64,000 nucleotides of DNA from contig OY771506.1 in assembly GCA_963674705.1 (NCBI GenBank), forward strand, positions 2,368,001-2,432,000, given 5' to 3'. Source of the stretch: Phycisphaeraceae bacterium. Its GTDB lineage: Bacteria; Planctomycetota; Phycisphaerae; Phycisphaerales; Phycisphaeraceae. The translations under genes were made by a program, and so were the position numbers. The notes under the pieces are model-generated. The model saw only the letters and a list, made by a program, of their open reading frames with translations, had not been told where the DNA came from and searched no databases. Of this stretch, positions 10,046 through 18,818 are shown piece after piece. Numbering within the stretch: position 1 is the stretch's first letter; the number at the start of each line of letters is the position of its first letter.

Positions 10046-10273
10046 ATGCCGATGGTTCAAGGTCAAGTCAAGTGGTTCGATCCGAAGAAGGGTTACGGCT
10101 TCATCACGGGGCCACAGGGTCAGGATGTTTTTGTGCATTACAGCCAGATCCAGGGTGACGGTTTCCGTTCCCTCAAGGACGGTGAAGATGTTCAGTACGA
10201 CCTGATCGAAGGCGAAAAGGGCTGGCAGGCTCGCACCGTCGAGCGGGCCAAAGTCCACGAGGCTGCTCGCTAA
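10046..10273 (+). CDS. Cold-shock protein
   Basis: GQVKWFDPKKGYGFI..DVFVHYSQI..GFRSL; GAGGAG RBS at 10033. Confidence 0.95.
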   Translation: MPMVQGQVKWFDPKKGYGFITGPQGQDVFVHYSQIQGDGFRSLKDGEDVQYDLIEGEKGWQARTVERAKVHEAAR

Positions 10274-10306
10274 GAAAGTAGCAGCTCTCGTCGTATCACA
10301 GTGGGG

Positions 10307-10385
10307 GGGTGCCACATTTTTGGCCTTTTGGGCAAAGTGTGGTTGACCACCGGACCGCCGCGACGCGGCCAAAAACGTGGCACCC
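10307..10385. repeat. REP-like hairpin family GGGTGCCAC...GTGGCACCC
   Basis: Second copy at 56676-56756; related half-copies at 12017-12054 and 31313-31350. Confidence 0.7.
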
Positions 10386-10521
10386 AACTTGGATGATCTG
10401 GAACAGACGCTGTTCCTCACATCTCCTGCTACCGCTCTACGCCGGTACTGATCCCTGCGAACAACCTCTCCAGCGCCGCTGCAGGTGACACCGCCGCGAC
10501 GCACCGCTATCTTGCTATCAC

Positions 10522-11403
10522 ATGCTCTGGTCGCACCTGTTCATTGGTTTAAGCATCGGCGTCCTGCTGTCTATCCCTCTCGCCGCGATCTGGGGTAGAC
10601 GCACCGAGCTGCGCGTACGCAAGCTCGAACGCCGCGCCCGCGCCGCCGAACGACTCGCTGAACTCGGCACCATGACCGGCGGCCTCGCGCACGAAATCAA
10701 AAACCCACTGTCCACCATCGGGCTCAACGTCCAACTATTGCAGGAAGATGTTCACGACCTCTCCCAGGATCAAGGGCTCAGCGAATCGCACCATGAAGGT
10801 TTAGGACGCGTGCAGCGACGCCTCGAATCGCTCAGCCGCGAAACCTACCGCCTCCGCGACATCCTTGAAGACTTCCTCCGCTTTGCCGGCCGAGTCGAAC
10901 TCGATCCGCAACCCACCGACCTGCACGTCATGATAGAAGAGCTGATCGACTTCTTCGAGCCGCAGGCCCGTGAAGCCAAGGTCAACCTCCGCAGCCAACT
11001 CGCTGCGACTGACGCCATCGTTCCCGCCGACGCCGGCCTGCTCAAACAAGCCATGCTCAACCTCATGATCAACGCCGTCCAGGCCATGACCCATGCGCGT
11101 GAAAAGAACCAGCCGCACGGCGGCGCTAACGAGCTGATTATCCGCACCGAACGCTCTCGCGCCACGACCGGTGGCAACGGCCCCGAGTTCCACATCCACG
11201 TCACCGACACCGGCCCCGGCATGACACCCGAAGTCGCCGAAAAGGTCTTCCAACCCTACTTCTCCACCAAACGCGGCGGCTCCGGCCTCGGCCTGCCCAC
11301 TTCCCGCCGTATCGTCGAAGAACACGGCGGCTCCCTCACCGTCCACGCCGACCCCGGCCGTGGCACCGACTTCACTCTTTCCCTCCCAATAGACAGGGGC
11401 TGA
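10522..11403 (+). CDS. Sensor histidine kinase (HisKA/HATPase)
   Basis: N-terminal TM, LAHEIKNPL H-box, NLMINAVQA, DTGPGM, FSTK.GGSGLGL. Confidence 0.95.
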   Translation: MLWSHLFIGLSIGVLLSIPLAAIWGRRTELRVRKLERRARAAERLAELGTMTGGLAHEIKNPLSTIGLNVQLLQEDVHDLSQDQGLSESHHEGLGRVQRRLESLSRETYRLRDILEDFLRFAGRVELDPQPTDLHVMIEELIDFFEPQAREAKVNLRSQLAATDAIVPADAGLLKQAMLNLMINAVQAMTHAREKNQPHGGANELIIRTERSRATTGGNGPEFHIHVTDTGPGMTPEVAEKVFQPYFSTKRGGSGLGLPTSRRIVEEHGGSLTVHADPGRGTDFTLSLPIDRG

Positions 11404-11424
11404 CTCCGTTTCCACCGCAGTGAT

Positions 11425-12012
11425 TTGGAACTAGTACGTATGTTGCTAGAGATAGAGGAAATCCAAAGGCGGCTGAACGAGCAGTTCCTTCCACTTGAGC
11501 CGATGCTGACTGGATTCAGATTGGTTGGCGCGGTCAACGGTGAGGCTGTGGTTGAGCAGATACAACACTGTTTGAGGATAACTCTGGACGGGGCATTTGC
11601 GGGCCTCATCCGCAGCTATAACTTCGGCTCCCTAACGGTAGGCCCCATCACCTTCTGCAACACCGGAGACTTCGCTGCGTGGTTCGTAGACCGAAATATA
11701 GATGACGAGTCTCAGGAGTACCCATGGTGGGGAGATGGCCACAGACCAGACACACTGCTACTGGTGGCGGGTTCTGATCTCTACGCGATCGTACTTGACA
11801 ACTGCTCGGGCCGCGTTCTGGCCTTTCAGAATGGGCAGCCGTGGAAGAACGCGCTCGTCATCTCATTGGGGTTTAGAGAGTTTCTGCAAGGAATTGGAAC
11901 GGTCTTTCTTGATCGTGATCCTGAAGGTGACAACCAGAAGATTTCTACCGATGTTGCTACTTATGCTGGGGGAATGGACGGAGCTGCCTTTTGGGACTGG
12001 CTAGCTAAGTGA
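11425..12012 (+). CDS. SMI1/KNR4-like (immunity-like) protein
   Basis: VEQIQHCLRITLDGAFAGLIRSYNFG and late LDNCSGRV...SLGFREFL resemble the SUKH/SMI1 pattern; composition differs from the kinase gene; alternative ATG at 11440. Confidence 0.55.
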   Translation: MELVRMLLEIEEIQRRLNEQFLPLEPMLTGFRLVGAVNGEAVVEQIQHCLRITLDGAFAGLIRSYNFGSLTVGPITFCNTGDFAAWFVDRNIDDESQEYPWWGDGHRPDTLLLVAGSDLYAIVLDNCSGRVLAFQNGQPWKNALVISLGFREFLQGIGTVFLDRDPEGDNQKISTDVATYAGGMDGAAFWDWLAK

Positions 12013-12016
12013 GGGA

Positions 12017-12283
12017 AGCCGGGTGCCCGTCTTTGACCCGAAGGGCAAAGGCGGCACGCTCGGCGCGGGTCTACCGACCCCGCCGCAATATACGACCGAA
12101 GGTCTCCACCGCCCTATGTGATAGGTATCAGTCTGTAAGCCTGGACCTACTCAAGCCAAAAGAATAGCCACGAAAAGTCACAAAAATCACAAAAGTAAAT
12201 GCAAAGAAAACGAATCAACCACAGCCTGCCTGATCCGTGCTTCCAACAAGCCGCATTTTGTGTCTTCTGTGCCTTTTTGTGGC
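12017..12283. repeat. Cluster of REP-like and periodic inverted-repeat elements
   Basis: GCCGGGTGCCC..TTTGACCCG.AGGGCAAAG (12017-12054); CACGCTCGGCGCGGGTCT..GACCGAAGGTCTCCA (12055-12108); GCCACGAAAAGTCACAAAAATCACAAAA / TTTTGTGTCTTCTGTGCCTTTTTGTGGC (12167-12283). Confidence 0.7.
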
Positions 12284-12449
12284 AAGACCTATTTGAATAT
12301 AAGAGAAACGGGGTGGGACCCCGCTTTCACGTTCCCGCTTCGTCTTGCTTGCCTTGGTGACATCTTGCGAGTGATCCATTACCATCTGCCGGGTATTCCT
12401 GTGGGGGGAACGCCGGCGACCTATCAACCATGACACTGTGGGGACATCA

Positions 12450-13001
12450 ATGAAGATTTACATCGTTGCCATGCTCGTTTTAGTCATCACGGCTTGTGAC
12501 AACATCAACAATTCGGCTTTTCAAAGCACGCTGTTGGAAGTGGATGGCAAAGGGATTGTCCCCGACTTCGTGATTGACAACCTCTACGGCTGGGAGGTCG
12601 AAACCGAAACGGTAGAGTCTGCCAAGCAGGAAGGGATACTCTACCTGGACTGCAACGATGAGCAAGCGGACGACCCCGTCTTCTCGCTGGTGTCACTCGA
12701 AGTCAACACCGCCCCGATCGATGATGCCACCACCCCCGAACAGTTCATCAAGGAATATTATGAGTTGAACGTCTTCGATGATGCCAGCCCGCTAGCAGTC
12801 AAACCCGTCTCGTTCACGCACGAAAAAGGCTGGACCTACCGGGACGAGTATTCGATCGACTTTACTTCGATCGTGGATGTGTACTTTTTCAAGGCCGGCA
12901 ACACGATGTTTATCGTTAACGCAACGTCGACCGAGGACCTTCACGATTCGCACTCAGTGCCGAAGTTCGAGGCGATGCTCAACACGTTCGATATCAAGTG
13001 A
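12450..13001 (+). CDS. Acidic hypothetical lipoprotein
   Basis: MKIYIVAMLVLVITAC lipobox; acidic mature domain. Confidence 0.75.
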   Translation: MKIYIVAMLVLVITACDNINNSAFQSTLLEVDGKGIVPDFVIDNLYGWEVETETVESAKQEGILYLDCNDEQADDPVFSLVSLEVNTAPIDDATTPEQFIKEYYELNVFDDASPLAVKPVSFTHEKGWTYRDEYSIDFTSIVDVYFFKAGNTMFIVNATSTEDLHDSHSVPKFEAMLNTFDIK

Positions 13002-13057
13002 TAGCAACAGAACCATAACCGGCATCCGCCTATCACAAGATTAACAACCGGCCCCTG

Positions 13058-13141
13058 CTTGGGCTGCCCACCAGCCGCCGCATCGTCGAAGAACACGGCG
13101 GCTGCCTCACCGTCCACGCCGACCCCGGCCGTGCAACCGAC
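13058..13141 (+). pseudogene. Diverged duplicate of the histidine kinase 3' end
   Basis: 75/84 nt match to 11287-11370; translates LGLPTSRRIVEEHGGCLTVHADPGRATD. Confidence 0.9.
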
Positions 13142-13475
13142 TGCATCCTATTGCTTGTACCATAAACCTGCTAAGGACATGTTATTGCGTATTTTTCTGT
13201 TCGGGCGAGGCACGACTCCTGTGTACGCATATGGTCCCTTTTTTAGCGCAAATTGCTTGTTTTTTCTCATTGCATCTGCGTCTTGCCACGGTAAACTTAA
13301 AGCATGTCTTAAGCAGTTTGTGCTGGTTTTGCACATAAAGGAGGAGAGGGCACAAACGATTTAGCATCACGTCATTTGGCCTGCGGTACGACCTCGGTTG
13401 GCTGCGGCATTGGATTGGTGACTTCTTCTTCTAATCACGCTTTTATTAACATTTCATAGCACTCGGAGGTAGAGA

Positions 13476-14933
13476 ATGATTGATAAAAAGTTTGGCATCA
13501 TGACAACAGCGGCGCTTCTCGCGGCCGTGTGCGCCTCGTCGGTGTATGCCGACACCAACTGGACAGGCGCTGTCGACCAGGACTGGAATAACCCCGCTAA
13601 CTGGAGCAACGGCATCCCTGTCGACGACGGCGTCCAAGGCAACGCATTCATCAATGACGCCGGTGTCGGTGTGTTCCCCATCATCAGCGCACCCGGTACC
13701 TACAGTGCCGATGTGGACCTTTGGATAGGCCACGGTGGCGGCACGGGTCGTCTCGACCAGAGAACCGGCTTATTGAGTACCGGTGACCCGGGCTGGATGT
13801 TCCTCGGCCAAGGCGGCGCCTCCGCCAACGGCACCTACAACCTCGCCGACACCTCCGGCGCAGGCGGTACGTTCACCGGCTTTGCACAGGGTGACGGCAG
13901 CCTGAATGTCGGCGGCGCTTCGCAGGCTGGCGTCTGGCACATCGGCATCGATGGCGCGACGGCGCTTGTGAACATCAATACCGAAGGCACCGTGGCGGCC
14001 GGTGAAATCAACACCGGTAATACCGGCGCAGGCGGCATCACCACGTTCAATATCGACAACGGCACGATTAATGTCGGCCAGTTCAGGATCGGCAGCGACT
14101 TCTGGGGCAGCAACGTCGCCAGCGACAACGACTTCAACATGAGCGGCGGCCAGGTCAACGCCACCGGTGAAGTCTGGATCGGCGGCATCGGCGTCAGCAA
14201 CAGCCAGATGACCGGCGGAGAGCTTAACAGCGGCCAATGGCTCGCTATAGGCCGCAACAGGCCCGGCACCAACAGCGTCTTCACCGTCACCGGCGGCACG
14301 ATCAACGCCGCACAAGCCGGCGGCTGGCTCGTCGCAGGCGGTTTCGACGGCGGCGCCGGCACCATCAATGCCAGCGGTGGCACCATCAACTCGCTGCTTT
14401 CAGGTATCTGGATCGGTGAAGGCGGCATCGGCGCCGCCAACCTCAGCGGGATCGCCGATGTCAACAGCGGCTGGCTGCGTATCGGTGGCAACGACGGCTC
14501 CGTCGGCGATGTCAGTGTCCTCGGCAGCACCGTCTCCGTGGACATCACCGATCTCTCCATCGGGTTGAATGACGTGGGCGGCGACACGACCGCGCTGGGT
14601 ACGCTCAGCTTCGTCGCCGACGCGGCAGGCATCAGCACCATCCTCGCGACCGGTGATGTGAACCTCAGCTCGCCGGACGGCGACATGCTGACCGTCGACC
14701 TCTCCGCCTACACCGGCGCGCACGTTGACATGCTCCTGATCGACGGCACCACAAGCCAGGGTGAATTTACCGGCCTGGCTCAGAACGCGCTGGTCACGAC
14801 GGATGGCAATGCCAACCCGTACTACATCGACTACAGCACCGCAGGCGACGTCTGGCTGCGTACCGTCCCCGAGCCCGCCAGCCTGGCGCTACTCGGCCTC
14901 GGCGGCCTGGCCATGATTACCCGTAAACGCTGA
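13476..14933 (+). CDS. PEP-CTERM secreted Gly-rich beta-helix-like protein
   Basis: GGAGG RBS, signal peptide, WTG..DWNNPANWSNG, repeated xxGG strands, VPEPASLALLGLGGLAMITRKR. Confidence 0.9.
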   Translation: MIDKKFGIMTTAALLAAVCASSVYADTNWTGAVDQDWNNPANWSNGIPVDDGVQGNAFINDAGVGVFPIISAPGTYSADVDLWIGHGGGTGRLDQRTGLLSTGDPGWMFLGQGGASANGTYNLADTSGAGGTFTGFAQGDGSLNVGGASQAGVWHIGIDGATALVNINTEGTVAAGEINTGNTGAGGITTFNIDNGTINVGQFRIGSDFWGSNVASDNDFNMSGGQVNATGEVWIGGIGVSNSQMTGGELNSGQWLAIGRNRPGTNSVFTVTGGTINAAQAGGWLVAGGFDGGAGTINASGGTINSLLSGIWIGEGGIGAANLSGIADVNSGWLRIGGNDGSVGDVSVLGSTVSVDITDLSIGLNDVGGDTTALGTLSFVADAAGISTILATGDVNLSSPDGDMLTVDLSAYTGAHVDMLLIDGTTSQGEFTGLAQNALVTTDGNANPYYIDYSTAGDVWLRTVPEPASLALLGLGGLAMITRKR

Positions 14934-14971
14934 GTGCGTTAACCACGTTTGAGATAACCTCCGGAAAACCC

Positions 14972-15010
14972 AACGCCCGACGGCCAACAAACCGTCGGGC
15001 GTTTTCGTTT
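14972..15010 (+). terminator. Rho-independent terminator
   Basis: AACGCCCGACGG / CCGTCGGGCGTT stem followed by T-rich tail. Confidence 0.75.
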
Positions 15011-15057
15011 ATTCAATCCTGACTTCTTTTTAATACCTCTTCCGTGACATCATGATG

Positions 15058-15432
15058 TCAAATATCTAACCAGGATTTATCTTCAATGATACCCAGGTCG
15101 TCTATTGGTTCTTCCCCGATACTTGTCAATGCTGATACGAAAGTGTCAAGAGACTCCCATTGATGAACTATATGTCTATTGTCATCAAGCAGAAGGATCG
15201 AATTAGTACGAATATCCAGACAGATGACATCATGCCAATCTCCATAAAACGGCATAAGATAGTCTGCAATATCCCATTCTGATAAAATTTCTTTGGCTTG
15301 TTCTATGTCACTCATTTTCCAGAAACAATGGTATAACGGTTCCGTCGAGCCGTTATAACAGACGGCGTTGAATTGAGTGTTGTAAGCATCAACACCTTCG
15401 AGAAATCTTGTCTGTTCTTCAGTCAATTTCAT
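15058..15432 (-). CDS. AT-rich orphan, SMI1/KNR4-like immunity candidate
   Basis: YLMPFYGDWHDVICLD...WESLDTFVSAL resembles the SUKH C-terminal pattern; markedly AT-rich. Confidence 0.55.
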   Translation of the reverse strand: MKLTEEQTRFLEGVDAYNTQFNAVCYNGSTEPLYHCFWKMSDIEQAKEILSEWDIADYLMPFYGDWHDVICLDIRTNSILLLDDNRHIVHQWESLDTFVSALTSIGEEPIDDLGIIEDKSWLDI

Positions 15433-15557
15433 ATTTGAACTTAATGCAAATTTTATTACGAGATGGGGTCAAAGTCCTGAGTCTATCTAAGAATGATACA
15501 TGCAAGATGTCCCTGATTGACAAGTAGGATGAATCAACGCAGGTTATGTTGGCAAAC

Positions 15558-15692
15558 CTACTGCTCCGCCGCGTCCTGAATCCCCTCGCCTATTTCTTCC
15601 AGGTCCTCACCGATCCCGTGCAGCGTGTTGCACCCGCTCATCGCGGTCATGTACATCGTCAGTAGCACCAGCAGCAGTATCTTCTTGAGCAT
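15558..15692 (-). CDS. Entericidin A/B-family small lipoprotein (not in ORF track)
   Basis: 44 aa MLKKILLLVLLTMYMTAMSGCNTLHGIGEDLEEIGEGIQDAAEQ; GGAG RBS; GCNTxxGxGxD signature. Confidence 0.85.
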   Translation of the reverse strand: MLKKILLLVLLTMYMTAMSGCNTLHGIGEDLEEIGEGIQDAAEQ

Positions 15693-15776
15693 CAATCGAA
15701 TCTCCAGCCCGGCATTGCATTGGCTAGAGATTCTTATCGGACATCCCGCCCCCGGAACTCAAACCGGCCCACGGAC

Positions 15777-16442
15777 TCAAACGTTCTGCCGCGCCTTCGC
15801 CTGACGCACCGCCTCGACGAACGCCATTGTGTGATCGGTCAGGGCTTGCCAGTCGCCCGCTTCGATCAGGTCCGGCCTGAATAGGCTCGTGCCCACGCCC
15901 AGGCACACCGCGCCGGCGTCGATCCATTCCCCGGCCGTTTCCAGCCGCACACCACCGGTCGGCATCAGCTTCAGGTGGGGCAGGGGGGCAAGCAGGTCCT
16001 TGATGTACCCCGCGCCGCCCAACCGGTGGGCAGGGAACACCTTGATGATGTCACCGCCCAGTTCCCACGCGGCCTGCACTTCCGTCGGTGTCAGCGCGCC
16101 GGGCATGCAAGGCAAATCCTTCGCGTGGCTCGCCTCGATCACCTCCGCCTTCGTGATCGGGCTGACGATGAACCTCGCTCCGCTATCGACCGACCGCTGC
16201 ACACCTGCCGCGTCCAGCACGCTGCCCGTGCCGATCACGATCCGATCCCCCAGTTCTTTCGCGATCGTCTCCACCACGCCCAGCGCGTTCGGCGTCGTCA
16301 ACGGCACCTCGGCCACTTTCAATCCACCGTCCGCCATTGCTTTGCACGCATCGACCAAACCACGATCGTTCGGCGCTCGCAAAATGGCCACGATCCCTGT
16401 TGCTTCGATATCCGCCACCGGTTTTTTCCTTGAGTCAGCCAT
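15777..16442 (-). CDS. eda: KDPG/KHG aldolase
   Basis: IVAILR, EVPLTTP, GTGSVLD, GARFIVSP, GALTPTE, KVFPA, MPTGGV. Confidence 0.9.
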   Translation of the reverse strand: MADSRKKPVADIEATGIVAILRAPNDRGLVDACKAMADGGLKVAEVPLTTPNALGVVETIAKELGDRIVIGTGSVLDAAGVQRSVDSGARFIVSPITKAEVIEASHAKDLPCMPGALTPTEVQAAWELGGDIIKVFPAHRLGGAGYIKDLLAPLPHLKLMPTGGVRLETAGEWIDAGAVCLGVGTSLFRPDLIEAGDWQALTDHTMAFVEAVRQAKARQNV

Positions 16443-16639
16443 TACCTGCCCCTGTTATTTCCGAAGGTCTGAAAACCATTACTTTAAGGCTTCCAGCTTA
16501 TCCCATCGGCGGTTAATACACGGCTTGTCGCATCGCCACACCACCAATTCGCACTCACTCTATAATTGTTCGTCATGGCTTGCGAGTCATCACCCTTGTT
16601 GTGAAAAGACCACACGGTCATGTCTGAATAGGAGCCACC

Positions 16640-18763
16640 ATGCGTTTACACAAACTCGACTCTCTACTCATGGCATGCCTGTTTCTGCTTCTCTTCATCA
16701 CGCCCATCATGGGTCAATCTATTCAGGATGTTTCCACGACACTCCGTGACGCGGCAGGCGATCGGTTACTCGTCGGCACCGCCATCATGTCACACGACCT
16801 GCAGGATCCAAGGCACGCTCATCTGATCGCCAAGCAATTTACCTGCATCACCCCCGGCAACGAAATGAAGCCCGATGCCTTGCAGCGCGTCAAAGGCCGA
16901 TTCACTTTTAACCGTGCCGATACAATCATCGACTTCGCACGCGCCCACGACATGCAAGTCATCGGCCACACACTCGTCTGGCACAACCAATCCCCCCGCT
17001 GGCTCTTCGAAGACGAGCAAGGCCAACCCCTTCCACGCGAGGTCGCACTCGCCAACATGAAAGCCCACATTACCACCGTCGTTCAGCACTTCAAAGGAAA
17101 AGTGAAAGGCTGGGACGTCGTCAACGAAGCTATCCCCGACGGCCCCGGTGAACTGCGTGATACACCCGCCCACCGCGCGATTGGCGACGACTACATCCTC
17201 AAAGCATTCGAGTATGCACACGAGGCCGACCCCGATACCGAACTTTATTACAACGATTACAACATCGCACAGGATTACAAACGCGATCGAACGCTACGCC
17301 TGCTCCGCCGCATCCGGGATGCCGGCCTGCGCATCGACGGTGTCGGGGTCCAGGGCCATTACATGCTCAACCACCCCTCCATTGAAGAGATCGAACGTGG
17401 CATCAAAGCCTATATCGACGAAGGTTTCAACGTCATGATCACTGAACTCGACGTCGACCCATTACCACGTGCTGGCCGAGGTGGCGCAGACCTGAACGCC
17501 TCCGAACGTAACGGGATCGATCCCTACAAAGACGGCTTCCCGCCCGAGATGCAACAGAAGCTGGCGGATCGTTATCGCGAACTGTTCGAAGTCTTCCTTC
17601 GCTACCCTCAGATCAAACGCGTCACTTTCTGGGGTACGACCGACCAACACAGCTGGCTCAATCACTACCCCATCCGAGGTAGAACCAATCACCCCTTGCT
17701 CTGGGATCGACAATTCAATCGCAAGCCTGCCTTCGATGCTGTGTTGAACGTACTTCAGCCCTCACAGGCAACCGCTGCAACACGGCAACAACCCAGCCAT
17801 GCCCTGCCCGCCACACTCGCCTGGACAAGCAGTGATGTGCTCGTGCCGCCACCGAGTGATGCGGAGCATGAGATTCTTGCCATCAAAGACCCCTCGATCG
17901 TCCGCTACAACGACCGCTGGCACATCTACGCCACCACCGCAAGCAAGCAGGGCCAATGGCAGATGGTCTACCTCAGTTTTCCTGATTGGGAAGATGCAAA
18001 AGACGCAAAACCATATTACCTGGATCAGAATCCCAACCTCCGGGGCTACCACTGCGCTCCGCAGGTTTTCTACTTCACACCACACAAAAAGTGGTACCTC
18101 ATCTACCAATCACAGCACCCGCAATACTCCACCGCTGATGACCTCGCCAAACCTGAAACATGGACCGCCCCGCAAAACTTCTTCGATGAAAAACCCGCAA
18201 CCGTCGGCAACCTCTGGATCGATTACTGGGTCATCTGTGATGACACGCACGCCTACCTCTTCTTCACCGGCGATGATGGCAAGTTCTACCGAAGCAGAAC
18301 CACGATCGATCAATTCCCCAACGGCATGAGCGAACCCGTTGTCGTGCTCGAAGAAAAAAACCGGTTCGACCTGTTCGAGGGTAGTGCCACGTATAAACTG
18401 AAAGGAACCGATCAATATCTCACCATCATCGAAGCGCTCGGGCCCGACGGCGTACGGTTCTACAAAGGCTTCACCGCCGACCGACTCGATGGTGAATGGA
18501 AACCCTACGCGGTCACATGGGACATCCCTTTCGCCGGCATGAACAACGTCACCTTTGCCCCGGGTGTCGAACACTGGACCAACGACATCAGTCACGGCGA
18601 ACTGATCCGCGAAGGCTACGATCAGACCATGACCGTCGATCCGTACAACTTTCGTTTGCTGTATCAGGGCAGAAAACCCAGCAACGAACAACTGCCGTAC
18701 CACCAACTCCCATACCGTCTGGGCCTGCTCGAAGCACGATCCTTCAATCAAAAACCAAAATAA
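16640..18763 (+). CDS. Secreted GH10 endo-xylanase fused to GH62 alpha-L-arabinofuranosidase
   Basis: GH10: NEMK, GHTLVWHNQ, WDVVNE, YNDYN, QGH, ITELD; GH62: IKDPSIV, APQVFYF, WIDYWVICDD, LFEGS, WTNDISHGELIR. Confidence 0.92.
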   Translation: MRLHKLDSLLMACLFLLLFITPIMGQSIQDVSTTLRDAAGDRLLVGTAIMSHDLQDPRHAHLIAKQFTCITPGNEMKPDALQRVKGRFTFNRADTIIDFARAHDMQVIGHTLVWHNQSPRWLFEDEQGQPLPREVALANMKAHITTVVQHFKGKVKGWDVVNEAIPDGPGELRDTPAHRAIGDDYILKAFEYAHEADPDTELYYNDYNIAQDYKRDRTLRLLRRIRDAGLRIDGVGVQGHYMLNHPSIEEIERGIKAYIDEGFNVMITELDVDPLPRAGRGGADLNASERNGIDPYKDGFPPEMQQKLADRYRELFEVFLRYPQIKRVTFWGTTDQHSWLNHYPIRGRTNHPLLWDRQFNRKPAFDAVLNVLQPSQATAATRQQPSHALPATLAWTSSDVLVPPPSDAEHEILAIKDPSIVRYNDRWHIYATTASKQGQWQMVYLSFPDWEDAKDAKPYYLDQNPNLRGYHCAPQVFYFTPHKKWYLIYQSQHPQYSTADDLAKPETWTAPQNFFDEKPATVGNLWIDYWVICDDTHAYLFFTGDDGKFYRSRTTIDQFPNGMSEPVVVLEEKNRFDLFEGSATYKLKGTDQYLTIIEALGPDGVRFYKGFTADRLDGEWKPYAVTWDIPFAGMNNVTFAPGVEHWTNDISHGELIREGYDQTMTVDPYNFRLLYQGRKPSNEQLPYHQLPYRLGLLEARSFNQKPK

Positions 18764-18818
18764 ATCAGATTGATCCCACCCACCCCAAAGCCGCTTGCGG
18801 CTTAGCGCTCTTGTTCAA

